Shown piece after piece: positions 63,328 through 64,000 of a stretch of 64,000 bases of DNA; positions within the stretch are counted from its first letter, which is position 1; every line of letters begins with the position of its first letter. This DNA is from the human T2T-CHM13v2.0 reference genome, Homo sapiens. Below the pieces are notes generated by a model. It worked only from the letters and a program-made list of their open reading frames with translations. It ran no database searches and was not told where the DNA came from. Where the stretch lies: NCBI RefSeq assembly GCF_009914755.1, contig NC_060937.1, one strand, 5' to 3'. The translations under genes were made by a program, and so were the position numbers.

Positions 63328-63364
63328 GATGCAGAAGAAGCTGTCAGAATTGCAAGGGAAATTG
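63328..63364 (+). CDS. PCCA: PCCA internal coding exon (probably exon 8); 37 nt, phase 0-1
   Basis: Acceptor tttcctgcttttacag ends at 63327 and donor gtaagt starts at 63365. Translates DAEEAVRIAREI-G, an in-frame continuation of ...GVVK. Confidence 0.95.
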
Positions 63365-63924
63365 GTAAGTCCTTAAATTAACTTTGGTAGGATTTCTGTG
63401 TCTTTCAGCAGATACGGTTGAGTCAACAGGTAATAAGTAATTCCCATAGAGCAAATAATACTTTAATAGTTTTAGATTTTGATTACTTGTTGCTCTGGAA
63501 GAATGTATCAGTTGAATTGCCAAATTCTATTATTAAAGGAGACTGTAAAGAGTAATTTGACCTTAACTATACATAACTCTTTTGTAAGATGAGATCACAG
63601 GCTAATTCAAAGAAGGAATTGTCTTAAGAATTCTAAAGATTGGATATAAGTTTAATGTCAATTTATATGTACATAGTTGAATGTGGTTTGTTAAAATTAA
63701 GAACATTTGGATTAAAATGAAGATACCATATGTGACATAGTTCTTTAAGTTTTTGCCTTTTGCTAAGATGTTAGGTATCAACTTAATCTTGTTAGATGGG
63801 AAAGATAAAATAGATGTGGGAAATTAGAACTGAATGATCTAAATTGGAATAAAAGGTAGACTGGAGGAGTTTTTAATGGCTGTTTTACATGTACTTGTAT
63901 TTGGGCAGTGTTTCCCAACTTTTT

Positions 63925-64000
63925 AATTTCTTTTCTTTTTCTTTTCTTTCCTTTTTTTTTTTTAAGATGGAGTTTTGCTGTCATTGCCCAGGCTGGAGTG
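63925..64000 (-). mobile_element. Alu 3' end, cut by the window edge
   Basis: T-rich tail then agatggagttttgctgtcattgcccaggctggagtg. Confidence 0.9.

Overview
Primate (very probably human) genomic DNA from inside the PCCA gene (propionyl-CoA carboxylase alpha subunit, 13q32 from recall), + strand. The window is almost entirely intronic. Two coding exons are present: 36816-36947 (132 nt, [44 protein letters not shown]) and 63328-63364 (37 nt, DAEEAVRIAREI-G), which I recall as exons 7 and 8, joined by a 26,380-nt intron. The rest is repeat-rich: roughly 45 Alus, L1/L2/MIR fragments, MER58 and MER2 DNA transposons, and solo LTRs (THE1, MST, MER31-like, MLT1, LTR12C, LTR10C). Two relics are not apparent from the ORF track. 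One is a decayed ARF-family processed pseudogene on the minus strand (~25400-26500) whose termini and 3'UTR look like ARF1. The other is an ancient class I endogenous-retrovirus gag-pro-pol remnant on the minus strand (~46600-48240). Also noted: local duplications, candidate cryptic exons, inverted Alus bracketing exon 7, and motif-dense non-repetitive blocks that may be enhancers. No RNA genes, CRISPR arrays or new protein-coding system could be supported. Repeat subfamily names come from remembered consensus sequences, and repeat boundaries are approximate unless a target-site duplication (TSD) is quoted.
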